Assembly (NCBI GenBank): GCA_963747235.1
Contig: CAVVEU010000020.1
Location: 48,632 to 112,631 of the forward strand
DNA: 64,000 bases
From: an uncultured Candidatus Rokubacteria bacterium
Lineage (GTDB): Bacteria > Methylomirabilota > Methylomirabilia > Rokubacteriales > CSP1-6
Direction of reading: 5' to 3'
The translations under genes were made by a program, and so were the position numbers. This document shows positions 1-12,598 of this stretch, piece by piece; the first letter of the stretch is position 1; every line of letters begins with the position of its first letter. A model generated the notes under the pieces. That model made no database searches, was not told where the DNA came from, and was given only the letters and a program-made list of their open reading frames with translations.

Positions 1-918
1 GAAGACGTCCCCCGACTTGAGCTGGATGCGCTTCCGGATCTCCTCCTGAGGCAGGAGGGTGTTGCCGGTCACGTCCACCCCGCCGACCTTGAACTGGGGA
101 CCTTCCACCACCACGATGCGGATGGTGGCCCGGGCCTTCTCCCGGTCCACGTCGATCTCCGACTTCTCGACCCGCGCCTGCACGTAGCCGTGATCGTTGT
201 AGAGCTGGATGATGCGGTCGGTGTCCTCGTCCAGGCGCTGCCGCTGGACGGTCCCCCGCAGGACGTAGAACTCCCGCTCCTGGGTCTCCATCGCGGCCCG
301 GACCTGCTTGGGGGTCAGCCCCTGCGTCCCCTCGATCGCGATCTGCTCGATGGTGATGCGGCGGCCTTCCGCGATCTTGAACGTGACGGTCACGTCGCCG
401 TCCGCGAGTTTTTCGACCTCCGGGGCGATGCCGACCTCGAAGTAGCCCTCCGTCTCGTAGAAGTCCTTGAGCTTGTCGGTGGCCCGGTTGACCTCGACCG
501 GGTTGTACACGGTGCCCAGCTTGAGGTCGATCTTCTCGAGCAGGGTGGACGCGTCCTGTTTCTTGTTCCCCGAGAAGAGCACGTCGCGGACGAAGGGCCG
601 CTCGGTCACCACGTAGGTCAGCTTGACGCCGCCCTCGAAGTCCTCCACCCGGACCTGGACGTCGTCGAAGAAGCCGAGGGAGAAGATGCCCCGGATGTCC
701 TCGGCGGTGCGGTTGGCCACGAACGGGGTGCCGATCTTGAGGGTGACCCGCCCCAGGATGACGGCTTCCTGGACTCGGCGGTTACCCTGGACCGCGATCT
801 CCTTGACGAGGATCGGGCGTTCGGGGGGAGCGGTAGGGACTTGCGCAAACACCGGGACTGAGCCCAGGAGCAGGGCAAAAAAAATGGAGAGAGCGCATCT
901 CCCCCGAGCGGTCTTCAA
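1..918 (-). CDS. bamA: Outer membrane protein assembly factor BamA, N-terminal (POTRA) part; gene continues beyond window start
   Basis: Minus-strand translation gives a signal peptide (LKTARGRCALSIFFALLLGSVPVFAQ) followed by POTRA repeats (...GPQFKVGGVDVTGNTLLPQEEIRKRIQLKSGDVF). Only possible start is TTG at 918, directly after the clpC stop; there is no SD, so the start is tentative. Confidence 0.6.
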   Translation of the reverse strand, partial: MKTARGRCALSIFFALLLGSVPVFAQVPTAPPERPILVKEIAVQGNRRVQEAVILGRVTLKIGTPFVANRTAEDIRGIFSLGFFDDVQVRVEDFEGGVKLTYVVTERPFVRDVLFSGNKKQDASTLLEKIDLKLGTVYNPVEVNRATDKLKDFYETEGYFEVGIAPEVEKLADGDVTVTFKIAEGRRITIEQIAIEGTQGLTPKQVRAAMETQEREFYVLRGTVQRQRLDEDTDRIIQLYNDHGYVQARVEKSEIDVDREKARATIRIVVVEGPQFKVGGVDVTGNTLLPQEEIRKRIQLKSGDVF

Positions 919-942
919 GGACGTGGGTTCGTGTGCCTGGGT

Positions 943-3390
943 TCAGTGTTCCGCCAGCGCCAGCCGGGGCTCCACCACCTGGATTTCCCGGAAGACGAGA
1001 TCCTGCCCCTGCGCATCCACCTCGATCCGCACCCCATCGCCGAACTGCCCGCGCACGATGGCTTCGGCCAGCGGATCCTCGACGTGCTTCTGAATCGTAC
1101 GGCGAAGCTGCCGGGCTCCGTAGGTCGCATCGTACCCCTTCTCGACCAGCAGGTCGAGGGCGGCCTCGGTGGGCTCGATCGAGATGCTCTTCTCGCCGAG
1201 CTGGGTGTTGATCCGGGCGATCATCATCCGCACGATCTTCGTGATGTCTTCCTTGCTCAGGGCGTGGAAGACGATGGTGTCGTCGATGCGGTTGATGAAC
1301 TCGGGCCGGAACGCCCGCTTCAGCTCCTCGAGCACCCGCTCCTTCATCTTCTCGTGGGTGCGGTCTTCTCCCTCGGGCAGGAAGCCGGGTGATAGCCGCT
1401 TGCCGATGAAGCTGGTGCCGAGGTTGGAGGTCATGATCAGGATCGTGTTCTTGAAGTCCACCACGTGGCCGACCGAGTCGGTCAGGCGGCCGTCGTCCAG
1501 GACCTGGAGCAGCATGTTGAAGACGTCCGGGTGGGCCTTCTCGATCTCGTCGAACAGGACCACCGAGTACGGCCGACGGCGGACCTTCTCGGTCAGGAAC
1601 CCGCCCTCTTCGTAGCCCACGTAGCCGGGAGGCGCCCCGAGGAGCCGGGACACCGAGAACTTCTCCATGTACTCGGACATGTCCACCCGGATCAGGGCGT
1701 TCTCGTCGCCGAAGAGGTACTCGGCGAGGGTCCGGGCCAGCTCGGTCTTGCCGACGCCGGTGGGGCCCAGGAAGATGAACGAGCCCACGGGCCGGCGGCT
1801 GTCCTTGAGGCCGGCCCGGGAGCGCCGGATGGCCCGCGAGACCGCGGCCACCGCGTCGTCCTGGCCCACGATGCGGCCGTGCAGGGCCTCTTCCATGCGG
1901 GCGAGCTTGGCCGACTCCTTCTCCTCGAGCTTCGAGAGCGGGATGCCGGTCCAGCGGGAGACGATGTACTCGATGTCCTCCTCGGACACCGTCTGCGGGC
2001 CCTTGCCCTTGCGCTTGTCCCACTCGCGCTTCATGTCCTCGTCGCGCCCGCGCAGCAGCTTCTCCTTCTCTCGAAGGGAGGCGGCCTTCTCGAACTCCTG
2101 CGCCTCGAGGTACATGTCCTTCTCGCGCACCACCCGCTCGACTTCCTTGCCCAGCTCCTTGATCTCGGGGGGCGGCGTCAGCGCCATGAGGCGCGTCCGC
2201 GAAGACGCCTCGTCGATCACGTCGATGGCCTTGTCGGGGAGCTGCCGGTCGGTGATGTAGCGGTCGGCCAGCTTCACCGCCGCGTCGATGGCCCGATCGG
2301 TGATCTTCACCCGGTGGTGCGCCTCGTACTTGTGGCGCAGGCCCTTGATGATCTCGACCGCCTCGGTCACGGAGGGGGCGCGGACGATGACGGGCTGGAA
2401 GCGCCGCTCGAGTGCGCCGTCCTTCTCGATGTACTTGCGGTACTCGTCCAGCGTGGTGGCGCCGATGGTCTGGATCTCGCCACGCGACAGGGCGGGCTTC
2501 AGCATGTTGGAGGCGTCGATGGCCCCCTCGGCCGCGCCGGCCCCGATCAGGGTGTGCAGCTCGTCCAGGAACAGAACCACGTTCTCGGACTGCCGGATCT
2601 CCTTCATGACCGCCTTGAGCCGCTCCTCGAACTGGCCGCGGTACTTGGTGCCGGCCACGAGCGCGCCCAGGTCGAGCTGCAGCAGTCGCTTCTGGGCCAG
2701 CACGTCCGGCACCTCATGCCCCACGATCCGCTGGGCGAGCCCTTCGACGATGGCGGTCTTGCCCACGCCGGGCTCGCCGATCAGGACCGGGTTGTTCTTG
2801 GTCCGACGGGCCAGGATCTGGATCACCCGCTCGATCTCGGTCTCGCGGCCGATGACCGGGTCGAGCTTGCCCTCCCGGGCGAGCTGCGTGAGATCGCGCG
2901 CGAACTCGTCGAGAACGGGGGTCTGGGAGCGCTTCTTCGGGCGCGGGTAGTACTGGTCGCCGAGCAGGGCCAGCGTCTCCTGGCGGACCTCGTCCAGCCG
3001 GGCGCCGAGGGACTCGAGGATCTTGGCCGCGATCGACTGGCCTTCCTTCATCAGCCCGAGGAGCAGATGCTCCGTGCCGATGTAGTTGTGGCCGAGCTGG
3101 CGGGCTTCCTCGATCGATAGCTCGAGGACCCGCTTGGCCTGTGGAGTGAACGGCACTTCACCGAAGGTGAGCGTCTTGGGGAAGCCGGCCAGCGCTCGCT
3201 CGACTTCCGCCTTCACCGTCTCGAGGCGCAGCCCCAGCCGCTGAAGCACGGCAGTCGCGATGCCTTCGCCGTCACGGATGAGTCCGAGCAGGATGTGCTC
3301 GGTCCCAACGAAATCGTGACGGAACCGCCCTGCCTCTTCCCTGGCCAGGATGATGACCCGACGCGCCCGCTCCGTGAATCGCTCGAACAC
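943..3390 (-). CDS. clpC: ATP-dependent Clp protease ATP-binding subunit ClpC (Clp_N repeats, two AAA+ modules, UVR linker)
   Basis: 815-aa ORF. N-terminus [20 protein letters not shown]... is typical of ClpC. Walker A GEPGVGKT and GPTGVGKT are present. Confidence 0.9.
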   Translation of the reverse strand: MFERFTERARRVIILAREEAGRFRHDFVGTEHILLGLIRDGEGIATAVLQRLGLRLETVKAEVERALAGFPKTLTFGEVPFTPQAKRVLELSIEEARQLGHNYIGTEHLLLGLMKEGQSIAAKILESLGARLDEVRQETLALLGDQYYPRPKKRSQTPVLDEFARDLTQLAREGKLDPVIGRETEIERVIQILARRTKNNPVLIGEPGVGKTAIVEGLAQRIVGHEVPDVLAQKRLLQLDLGALVAGTKYRGQFEERLKAVMKEIRQSENVVLFLDELHTLIGAGAAEGAIDASNMLKPALSRGEIQTIGATTLDEYRKYIEKDGALERRFQPVIVRAPSVTEAVEIIKGLRHKYEAHHRVKITDRAIDAAVKLADRYITDRQLPDKAIDVIDEASSRTRLMALTPPPEIKELGKEVERVVREKDMYLEAQEFEKAASLREKEKLLRGRDEDMKREWDKRKGKGPQTVSEEDIEYIVSRWTGIPLSKLEEKESAKLARMEEALHGRIVGQDDAVAAVSRAIRRSRAGLKDSRRPVGSFIFLGPTGVGKTELARTLAEYLFGDENALIRVDMSEYMEKFSVSRLLGAPPGYVGYEEGGFLTEKVRRRPYSVVLFDEIEKAHPDVFNMLLQVLDDGRLTDSVGHVVDFKNTILIMTSNLGTSFIGKRLSPGFLPEGEDRTHEKMKERVLEELKRAFRPEFINRIDDTIVFHALSKEDITKIVRMMIARINTQLGEKSISIEPTEAALDLLVEKGYDATYGARQLRRTIQKHVEDPLAEAIVRGQFGDGVRIEVDAQGQDLVFREIQVVEPRLALAEH

Positions 3391-3515
3391 TGTGGGTGAC
3401 CTCGCGCCTTTCTGACTTCGGGTTATGGCTCGCCGGGGGCCCTTACTTCACCCCGATGCTCCCTAAACCTGCGATGAGTATATGCCTTCCGGCGCCTTCG
3501 GCCTAGCCCTTTCTT

Positions 3516-3532
3516 GTGACGCCTTCCGTCAC
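3516..3532. promoter_or_regulatory. Perfect inverted repeat GTGACG-N5-CGTCAC in the clpC upstream intergenic region; candidate operator
   Basis: Read directly in the sequence: gtgacgccttccgtcac. It lies ~140 bp upstream of the clpC start on the transcribed side. Confidence 0.3.
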
Positions 3533-3561
3533 GACCCTGTAACCCCTTGAAACTCGTGGAC

Positions 3562-4248
<687 letters not shown>

Positions 4249-4260
4249 GGCGCCCGCCGC

Positions 4261-5499
4261 TCACTCATAGCGAAGGACCTCGATCGGATCCATGCGCGCG
4301 GCCCGGCGGGCCGGCGACAGGGTCGCGAGGAAGGAGATCACGAGAGTAGAGCCGACGATCATGGCAAAATCGGAGCCGGTCAGCTTCATCGGCAGGTAGC
4401 TGATCTGGTACACGTCGCCGGCCAGCCGGATGATCTTGTAGGTGTTCTGCACCCAGATCAGGAGCAGCCCGAAGGCGCTGCCCGCCACCGTGCCCCCCAC
4501 CCCGATCAGCATGCCGGCCACCAGGAACACGGTGCCGATGCTCCCCGCCCCGGCCCCCATCGCCTTGAGGATGCCGATCTCCTTCCGCTTCTCCGCCACG
4601 AGCAGGACGAGGTGCCCGATGATGGCGAAGGCCGCCACCAGCACGATGATGGTGACGATCACGAACAGGGCCAGCTTCTCGAGCTGGAGCGCCGCGAACA
4701 GGTTGCGGTTCATGTCCATCCAGTCGCGGATCCAGTACGGCCCCTTGAGGCGGGCCGCGATCGTCCGCCCCACGTCCTTGGCGTCGAAGGGATTGGCCAG
4801 CTTCACCTCCACGCCCGTCACCCGGTCGCCCAGTCCCGCGAACTCCTGGGCCGCGGCCAGTGACGTGTAGGCGAGTGAGGCGTCGTACTCGTACATGCCG
4901 ACCTCGACCCAGCCGGCCACCAGGAAGCGCCGCATCTTGGGGACGAGCCCGACCGCGGTCATGGCCCCCTGCGGGGAGATCACCGTGACGTGGTCACCCG
5001 GGGCGACGCCGAGGCTCCGCGCCAGCTCCCGCCCCAGGAGGAGCGCGGGCTCCGAGCCCGTGAGCACCGGCTCCATGCTGCCGAAGCGGACCTGCGAGCC
5101 GATCGCGTCGCGCACCGCCGGGGTGGCGAGATCCACGCCGCGCAGGAGCCCGCCGGTCGCGCCGCCGTTCGCCGAGGTGAAGAGCGCCTGCTGGAGCACG
5201 AAGGGCGTGGCGGAGACGACGCCCGGGACCGGGGCCACCTGCTGGGCGAGGCCGCCACCGTCCGCCACCCCGCGCCCGCCCGCTTCCATGATCAGCACGT
5301 GCGGGTTGGCCGAGATGATCTTGTCCCGGATGCCGTCCTGGAAGCCGGTCATGACCGCGAGCACCACGATGAGCGCGCTCACGCCCAGGAAGACGCCCCC
5401 GATGCCGATCCAGACGAAGAGCGAGAGGTTGGTCCGGTGGCCGCGCGCCCGCAGGTAGCGGAGCCCGAGGAACACCTCGAAGGGCATGCGCCGTAGCAT
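4261..5499 (-). CDS. lolE: Lipoprotein-releasing system permease LolC/LolE (FtsX family)
   Basis: 412 aa. Four-TM FtsX-type permease with large periplasmic loop. Start overlaps the lysS stop (ATGA). Confidence 0.8.
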   Translation of the reverse strand: MLRRMPFEVFLGLRYLRARGHRTNLSLFVWIGIGGVFLGVSALIVVLAVMTGFQDGIRDKIISANPHVLIMEAGGRGVADGGGLAQQVAPVPGVVSATPFVLQQALFTSANGGATGGLLRGVDLATPAVRDAIGSQVRFGSMEPVLTGSEPALLLGRELARSLGVAPGDHVTVISPQGAMTAVGLVPKMRRFLVAGWVEVGMYEYDASLAYTSLAAAQEFAGLGDRVTGVEVKLANPFDAKDVGRTIAARLKGPYWIRDWMDMNRNLFAALQLEKLALFVIVTIIVLVAAFAIIGHLVLLVAEKRKEIGILKAMGAGAGSIGTVFLVAGMLIGVGGTVAGSAFGLLLIWVQNTYKIIRLAGDVYQISYLPMKLTGSDFAMIVGSTLVISFLATLSPARRAARMDPIEVLRYE

Positions 5500-7064
5500 C
5501 AGGCGCCGTCCTCCTCGGCCGAGTCACTGTCCTCCGCGCCGGTCCGCTCGGGCCGGAGGTGGGGGAACAGGATCACATCCCGGATCGACGCGGCGTTGGT
5601 GAACAGCATGGCGAGCCGGTCGATGCCGATCCCTTCCCCCGCGGTGGGGGGCAGGCCGTACTCCAGCGCGCGCACGAAGTCCTCGTCCATCCAGTGCGCT
5701 TCCTCGTCGCCGCGCTCGCGCTCCTTCGCCTGCTCCTCGAAGCGGCGGCGCTGGTCGATCGGGTCGTTGAGCTCGGAGTACGCGTTGGCGATCTCCCGCC
5801 GGCAGACGTAGAGCTCGAAGCGGTCCACCAGGCGCGGCTGCCCCTGCTTCTGCTTGGAGAGCGGCGACAGCTCGATGGGGAAATCCACCACGAAGGTGGG
5901 CTGCACCAGGGTGGGCTCGACGAGCGTGTCGAAGATCTCCTTCCACAGCGCGACCGGGCCGTGCTCGCCGCGGAGCACCGTCTGGGTCTTGCGATCGGTC
6001 CCGAACCCGCCCCGGCGCGTGGCCGCCTCCCCGAGCGGGCGCGCCTCGGTCTCGGGCGTGACCGGGCTGCCGATCGCCTCGCCCAGGGCCTGGAAGAAGG
6101 GCAGCCGGCGCCACGGCGGGGCCAGGCGAATCGTCTCGCCCTGGTACGTGAGCTCGTCCCGGCCCAGCAGGGTCTGCCCGAGCTGGCCGAAGAGCTCCTC
6201 GGTGAGCTGCATCAGGTCCTGGTAGTCGGCGTAGGCCTGGTAGAACTCCAGCATCGTGAACTCGGGATTGTGCTGGGTCGACATGCCTTCGTTCCGGAAG
6301 TTGCGGTTGATCTCGTACACGCGCTCGAGGCCGCCGACCACGAGGCGCTTGAGATACAGCTCGGGGGCGATGCGCAGGTAGAGCGGCATGTCGAGCGCGT
6401 TGTGGTGCGTGACGAACGGCTTGGCCGCGGCGCCCCCCGGGATCGGCTGCATCATGGGGGTCTCCACCTCGAGGAAGCCGCGCGCGTCGAAGAAGGCGCG
6501 CATCGCCGCGATGAGGCGGCTCTTCATCACGAAGGCTTCGCGGACCTGGGGGTTGACGATCAGGTCCACGTAGCGGCGCCGGTAGCGCGTCTCCACGTCC
6601 TTCAAGCCATGCCACTTCTCGGGCAGCGGGCGCAGGGCCTTGGCGAGGAACTCGAACTGCTTCACCGCGACCGTGAGCTCGCCGGTGCGGGTGCGGAAGA
6701 GCTCGCCGGTGACCCCGATGAAGTCGCCCACGTCGAGATCCACGAAGGCCGGGTAGGCGTCGCCCAGCACGTCGGCGCGGGCGTAGAGCTGGATCTGGCC
6801 CGACTGCTCGCGGAGCACCGCGAAGCAGGTCTTGCCGTGGTGGCGCATCGCCATCACCCGGCCGGCCAGCGCGACCGCGCCCGCGCTCTGCAGCGCGGCC
6901 TCGTCGGCGTCCTTGAAGCGCGCCTGCAACGTGCCCGCCCAGTGGGTGACCGGGAAGCGCGCGCCGAACGGGTTGACCCCGCGCGCCCGCCAGGTCTCGA
7001 GCTTCTCCCGGCGGACGCGCATCTGCTCGTTGAGGTCGGGCGGCAGTCCGGGCGGCGTGGTCAT
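5499..7064 (-). CDS. lysS: Lysine--tRNA ligase (class II)
   Basis: 521 aa. Class II motifs present (…[10 protein letters not shown]…, …[11 protein letters not shown]…, …[16 protein letters not shown]…). Confidence 0.9.
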   Translation of the reverse strand: MTTPPGLPPDLNEQMRVRREKLETWRARGVNPFGARFPVTHWAGTLQARFKDADEAALQSAGAVALAGRVMAMRHHGKTCFAVLREQSGQIQLYARADVLGDAYPAFVDLDVGDFIGVTGELFRTRTGELTVAVKQFEFLAKALRPLPEKWHGLKDVETRYRRRYVDLIVNPQVREAFVMKSRLIAAMRAFFDARGFLEVETPMMQPIPGGAAAKPFVTHHNALDMPLYLRIAPELYLKRLVVGGLERVYEINRNFRNEGMSTQHNPEFTMLEFYQAYADYQDLMQLTEELFGQLGQTLLGRDELTYQGETIRLAPPWRRLPFFQALGEAIGSPVTPETEARPLGEAATRRGGFGTDRKTQTVLRGEHGPVALWKEIFDTLVEPTLVQPTFVVDFPIELSPLSKQKQGQPRLVDRFELYVCRREIANAYSELNDPIDQRRRFEEQAKERERGDEEAHWMDEDFVRALEYGLPPTAGEGIGIDRLAMLFTNAASIRDVILFPHLRPERTGAEDSDSAEEDGA

Positions 7065-7074
7065 GCGCGCGCGA

Positions 7075-8182
7075 TCACGCCGAGGGCGCGGGCCGGGCCA
7101 TCGTCAGATAGGCGCGGATGAAGGGGTCGAGCCCGCCGTCCATCACCGCTTCCACGTTGCCCACCTCGATCCCGGTCCGGTGATCCTTGATGATCTGGTA
7201 GGGCGCGAAGGTGTAGGTGCGGATCTGGCTGCCGAAGGCGATGTCCTTCTTCTCCCCGGTCAGGTCGGCCAGCTCCTGCTTCTGCTTCTGCTCGTAGATC
7301 TGGAAGAGGCGCGACTTGAGGATGCGCATGGCGGTGTCGCGGTTGCGGAGCTGCGAGCGCTCGTTCTGGCAGGCCACCACGAGGCCGCTCGGCAGATGGG
7401 TGATGCGCACCGCGGAGTCCGCCGTGTTGACCCCCTGCCCGCCCGGCCCCGAGGAGCGGTAGACGTCCACCCGGAGATCCTCGTCGCGGACGACCACCTC
7501 CACGTCCTCGACCTCCGGGATGACCGCGACGGAGGCGAAGGAGGTGTGCCGGCGCCGGGAAGCGTCGAAGGGCGAGATGCGGATCAGGCGGTGCACGCCG
7601 GCCTCGCCCTTGAGATGCCCGTAGGCGTAGTCCCCGCTCATCTCGATGGTGGCCGACTTGATGCCCGCTTCCTCGCCCGCGAGCAGGTCCACCACCTCGG
7701 CCTTGAAGCCGGCGCGCTCCGCCCAGCGCAGGTACATGCGCATGAGCATCTGGGCCCAGTCCTGCGACTCGGTGCCGCCCGCTCCCGGGTGGATGGACAT
7801 GATCGCGTTCTTCTTGTCCTGCGGCCGCGAGAGGATGATCTTCAGCTCGAAGGCTTCGACCTCTTCCCCGATCTGCTTGAGACTCTGCTGGATCTCCGCG
7901 GTCACGCTCTCGTCGCCGGCCTCGGTGGCCATCTCCCAGAGCAGGCGCGTCTCTTCCGCGCGGCCCGCGAGATCCTTGAAGGTGGTGACGGTGCGCGCCA
8001 GCTCGGCGCGCTCCTGCACGAGGGCCTGCGCCTTGCGGGTGTCCTCCCAGAAGCTGGGCGAGGACATCTCGGCGTCGATCAGGCCGAGGCGGGTTTCCTT
8101 GGTGGGGAGGTCAAAGATGCCCTCGGAGATCGTCGAGCCGCTTGTCCAGCTCGGCCACGTCACGCTTGAGCTCTCCTAGCAT
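7075..8182 (-). CDS. prfB: Peptide chain release factor 2, expressed via programmed +1 ribosomal frameshift
   Basis: ORF1 is [23 protein letters not shown]-stop (8182..8111). ORF2 from 8163 ([16 protein letters not shown]...) contains the GGQ motif and SPF-like domain. The join site is CTT TGA C preceded by an SD-like GAGGG. Confidence 0.85.
8111..8116 (-). other. prfB +1 frameshift site (CUU UGA C)
   Basis: Minus-strand reading is ggg cat CTT TGA Cct. The 23-codon ORF1 ends here and the RF2 body continues in the +1 frame. Confidence 0.8.
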
Positions 8183-9720
8183 GACGCGGGTGACCTCCGG
8201 CAGAAGGCGAGGGCGACACCGGCCGCCCCCAGACCGGCGCAGGCATACACGAGCCAGTCGCCGAATCGAGTGTAGAGCGTGGTGCGATCGCGCAGCGGGA
8301 TGCGGCGGTGGAGGACGCCGCGCTCGAGCAGCGGCAGCATCGGGCCGATCCGCCCGCTGGGCTCCACGAACGCCGAGACGCCGGTATTGGCGGCGCGCGC
8401 GATCGCCACGCGGTGCTCGACGGCGCGGAGCGGTAGCATCCCCAGGTGCTGCCAGGGGCCGCTCGTCTCCCCGAACCACGCGTCGTTGGTGATGTTGGCC
8501 ATGAACGCCGCTCCGCGGACCACGAATCCCCGGAACAGCTCGGGGAAGATGACCTCGTAGCAGATCACGGTTCCGAACGGTGCGCCCGGCAACGGGAAGA
8601 CGGTCTCGGTGTCACCGGTGCCGAATTCCGAGATGAACTCCGCCCAGCCCTTGACGAAGCTGAGCAGACTCGCGAGCGGGACGTACTCCCCGAACGGAAC
8701 CAGGTGAATCTTATCATACTTGGCCGTAATCCCTTGTCCGGTCAGCAGAAATGCGCTGTTCAGGAACTGCTCCCGGGGCCGATCCCGGCGGTCGATCGAG
8801 CCCACCAGGATCGGCGTGCCGACCTCTTCCGACAGCCGGCGGAGCCGCTCGAGCAGGACCGGGTCGCCGCGCAGGAAGATGGTTGTCGCGGTCTCCGGCC
8901 ACAGCACGACCGCGGGTCGCGCGCGCGCGGCCTCGCGCGTGAGCTGCTCGTAGATGTCCATGATCTGCGCGTGGCGGGCCGGATCCCACTTGATCGTCTG
9001 CTCGATGGCCGGCTGGATCACCGCGACCTCGACCGAGCCGGCGCCGCCCGCGCTCGCCCGCCCGATGGCGTGGAGGCCGAAGGCGAGCGTGGCCACGAGC
9101 AGGACCATCGCCGCCGCCGCGCCGGGCCAGGCGCGCCGGGGGCCGAGCGCGAGGAGGCCGGCGAGTGCCGCGTTCACCGCGACGATCAGGAAGGACACCG
9201 CGTAGACGCCGCCCAGCTCGGCGATCTGGATCACCGGGAGCTGCGCCGCCTGCGAGTAGCCGAGCAGGCCCCAGGGGAAGCCGCCCATGAGCCAGCCGCG
9301 CAGCCATTCGCCCACCACCCAGAGGGCGGGCGCCAGCGCCAGCGCCGGGCCCGCGCCGAGCCGGCCCCGGAGCCAGGCCACCGCGCCCGCGACTGCTCCC
9401 AGGTAGAGGCCGCAGTACGCGGCGAGCGCCACGATCGGCAGCCACGTCAGCGGCCAGGGGATCGCGCTGTAGTGGAGGAACGTGTGGTCGAGCCATCTCA
9501 GGAGCAGCACGTAGAACACGGTACCGGAGAGCCAGCCGTCGAGCAGGGCGGCGCGGCCCGACCGCGTCGATCCGGAGACCAGCGCGGGGACGAGCCAGAT
9601 CCACGCCAGCGCCGCCCAGCTCGTCTTCGGGAACGCGAGCGCGCCGAGGATGCCGGCGGCCACGAGGACGAGGATGCGCGCGGCGGTCGCGCCCCGGCTC
9701 GCGCCCGGCTCAGCTCCCAT
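8176..9720 (-). CDS. lnt: Apolipoprotein N-acyltransferase
   Basis: 514 aa. N-terminal polytopic TM region plus C-terminal CN-hydrolase domain (…VICYEVIFPE…). Its TAG stop overlaps the prfB start region. Confidence 0.85.
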   Translation of the reverse strand: MGAEPGASRGATAARILVLVAAGILGALAFPKTSWAALAWIWLVPALVSGSTRSGRAALLDGWLSGTVFYVLLLRWLDHTFLHYSAIPWPLTWLPIVALAAYCGLYLGAVAGAVAWLRGRLGAGPALALAPALWVVGEWLRGWLMGGFPWGLLGYSQAAQLPVIQIAELGGVYAVSFLIVAVNAALAGLLALGPRRAWPGAAAAMVLLVATLAFGLHAIGRASAGGAGSVEVAVIQPAIEQTIKWDPARHAQIMDIYEQLTREAARARPAVVLWPETATTIFLRGDPVLLERLRRLSEEVGTPILVGSIDRRDRPREQFLNSAFLLTGQGITAKYDKIHLVPFGEYVPLASLLSFVKGWAEFISEFGTGDTETVFPLPGAPFGTVICYEVIFPELFRGFVVRGAAFMANITNDAWFGETSGPWQHLGMLPLRAVEHRVAIARAANTGVSAFVEPSGRIGPMLPLLERGVLHRRIPLRDRTTLYTRFGDWLVYACAGLGAAGVALAFCRRSPASC

Positions 9721-10396
9721 TCGCGAGCCGATCGGCCAGGGCGCGCGGCAGGCCCGCGGCGAGGATCTTGGCGGCCGCCGCCCGGTGGTCGTAGGCGACG
9801 CGGCGGATCGTCACCGAGCGGGCCTCGCGGTCCCAGATCGCGTAGCAGGCGCGCGAGTCGCGGTCGCGCGGCTGGCCGACGCTGCCCACGTTGACGAGGT
9901 ACCGGCGGCCGTCGTCGAGCCGCACGTGGGCCTCCGGCCGGTCGAGTCGGTCGCGGTGATCCGGTCCCCCGCTGCCCACCGACCAGACGCCCGGCAGGTG
10001 CGAGTGGCCGATGAAGCAGAGCCGCGTGCCGAAGTCGCCGAACACCTGCAGGCCGTCCTCCTCGGATACGAGATAGTCCCACTCCTCCGGGCTGCGCGGG
10101 CTCGCGTGCACGAGGGTGGCGTCCTCCATCGTGCGCATCAGGGGCAGATCGGTCAGGAAGCCGCGATGGCCGTCGTCGAGCTGCTCGCCCGTCCACTCGG
10201 CGGACGTCCGCGCCCACGGGTTGAACCAGCGCAGGTCGAGCAGCCCGAGCGCGCCGTGCTCGTGGTTGCCCGCCACCATCGCGCTTGCCCGCTCGCCCAC
10301 CGTCTCCACGCACGCCACCGGGTCGGCGCCGTAGCCGACCAGGTCGCCCAGGCAGAGCACCTCGAGCGCGCCTTCGCCGGCGGCGTCGGCGAGCAC
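9710..10396 (-). CDS. Metallophosphoesterase (calcineurin-like, YfcE-type); start codon unresolved
   Basis: Motifs GDLVGYG, GNHE, GHSH are present. The conserved N-terminal IRYAVISDVHAN lies upstream of the called GTG (10396), in frame, with no ATG/GTG/TTG after the nusB stop. Confidence 0.7.
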   Translation of the reverse strand: MLADAAGEGALEVLCLGDLVGYGADPVACVETVGERASAMVAGNHEHGALGLLDLRWFNPWARTSAEWTGEQLDDGHRGFLTDLPLMRTMEDATLVHASPRSPEEWDYLVSEEDGLQVFGDFGTRLCFIGHSHLPGVWSVGSGGPDHRDRLDRPEAHVRLDDGRRYLVNVGSVGQPRDRDSRACYAIWDREARSVTIRRVAYDHRAAAAKILAAGLPRALADRLANGS

Positions 10397-10463
10397 GGCG
10401 GTGAGGGCTTCGAGATTGGCGTGGACGTCCGAGATGACCGCGTAGCGGATGGCGGCCGGCCCG

Positions 10464-10891
10464 TCAGGAGGTGGGGGCTTGTTCTTTGTGGATGCGGTCG
10501 AGGATCCCGTTGATGAAGCGGCTGGACTCGTGGGTGCTGAACTTCTTCGCGACCTCGAGCGCCTCGTTGATGGCGACCTTGGGGGGCACGGCGGCGCCCG
10601 CCCACCGCAGCTCGAAGATCGCCTGGCGGAGGATGTTGCGATCTACCACCGCCATGCGCTCGAGCTCCCAGTTCTCCGCGTAGCGCTCGATCAGCTCGTC
10701 GATCTCGGCCTCGTGCTTCTTGGTTCCGCGCACGAGCGTCTCCGCGAATTCCCGCGCCTCGGGATCCACCGGATGGCGCACCCAGAAGTCGTCGAAGTGC
10801 GGCTCGGGCTGCCCCTCGCCCTGGACGTCCATCTGGTAGAGGAGCTGCAGCGACAGCTCCCGCGCCTTGCGGCGGCGGCCCATCAGCGCCC
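10464..10891 (-). CDS. nusB: Transcription antitermination factor NusB
   Basis: 142 aa, MGRRRKARELSLQLLYQMDVQG... Sits directly downstream of ribH as usual. Confidence 0.85.
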
Positions 10892-11377
10892 GCCCTTCCG
10901 GCCCCGGATCGAGCGCAGCCAGCCCGCCATCTCGAGCGCGGCCAGCGCGGCCTCCTCGCCCCGGTTGCCCACGACACCGCCCGCCCGCTCCCACGCCTGC
11001 TCCTCGGTGAGCGCGGTGATCACGCCGAAGGTCACCGGCACCCCGGTGTCGAGCCCGACGCGGCTGATGCCGTGCGCGGCCACGCCGCACACGTAGTCGA
11101 AGTGCGGGGTCGCGCCCTTGATCACCGTGCCCACGCACACCACGCCCGCGAAGCGGCGGGTGCGCGCGAGGGCCTGGGCGGCCTGCGGCAGCTCGAAGGA
11201 GCCCGGCACCCAGTGCACCTCCGCCGCGTCGCCGCTGACCCCGTGCTTGGCCAGGGCGGCGAGGGCGCCGTCGAGCAGCTTCTTGGAGATGGACTCGTTG
11301 AAGCGGGCCACCACGACCGCGAACCGCTGGCCGCGGGCGGCGGGCGTGACGCGGCGCTTGGGAGCGATACCGGCCAT
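10883..11377 (-). CDS. ribH: 6,7-dimethyl-8-ribityllumazine synthase
   Basis: 164 aa, typical RibH (…FAVVVARFNE…GVVCVGTVIKGATPHFDYV…). Confidence 0.9.
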   Translation of the reverse strand: MAGIAPKRRVTPAARGQRFAVVVARFNESISKKLLDGALAALAKHGVSGDAAEVHWVPGSFELPQAAQALARTRRFAGVVCVGTVIKGATPHFDYVCGVAAHGISRVGLDTGVPVTFGVITALTEEQAWERAGGVVGNRGEEAALAALEMAGWLRSIRGRKGGR

Positions 11378-11380
11378 CGG

Positions 11381-12597
<1,217 letters not shown>

Positions 12598-12598
<1 letters not shown>

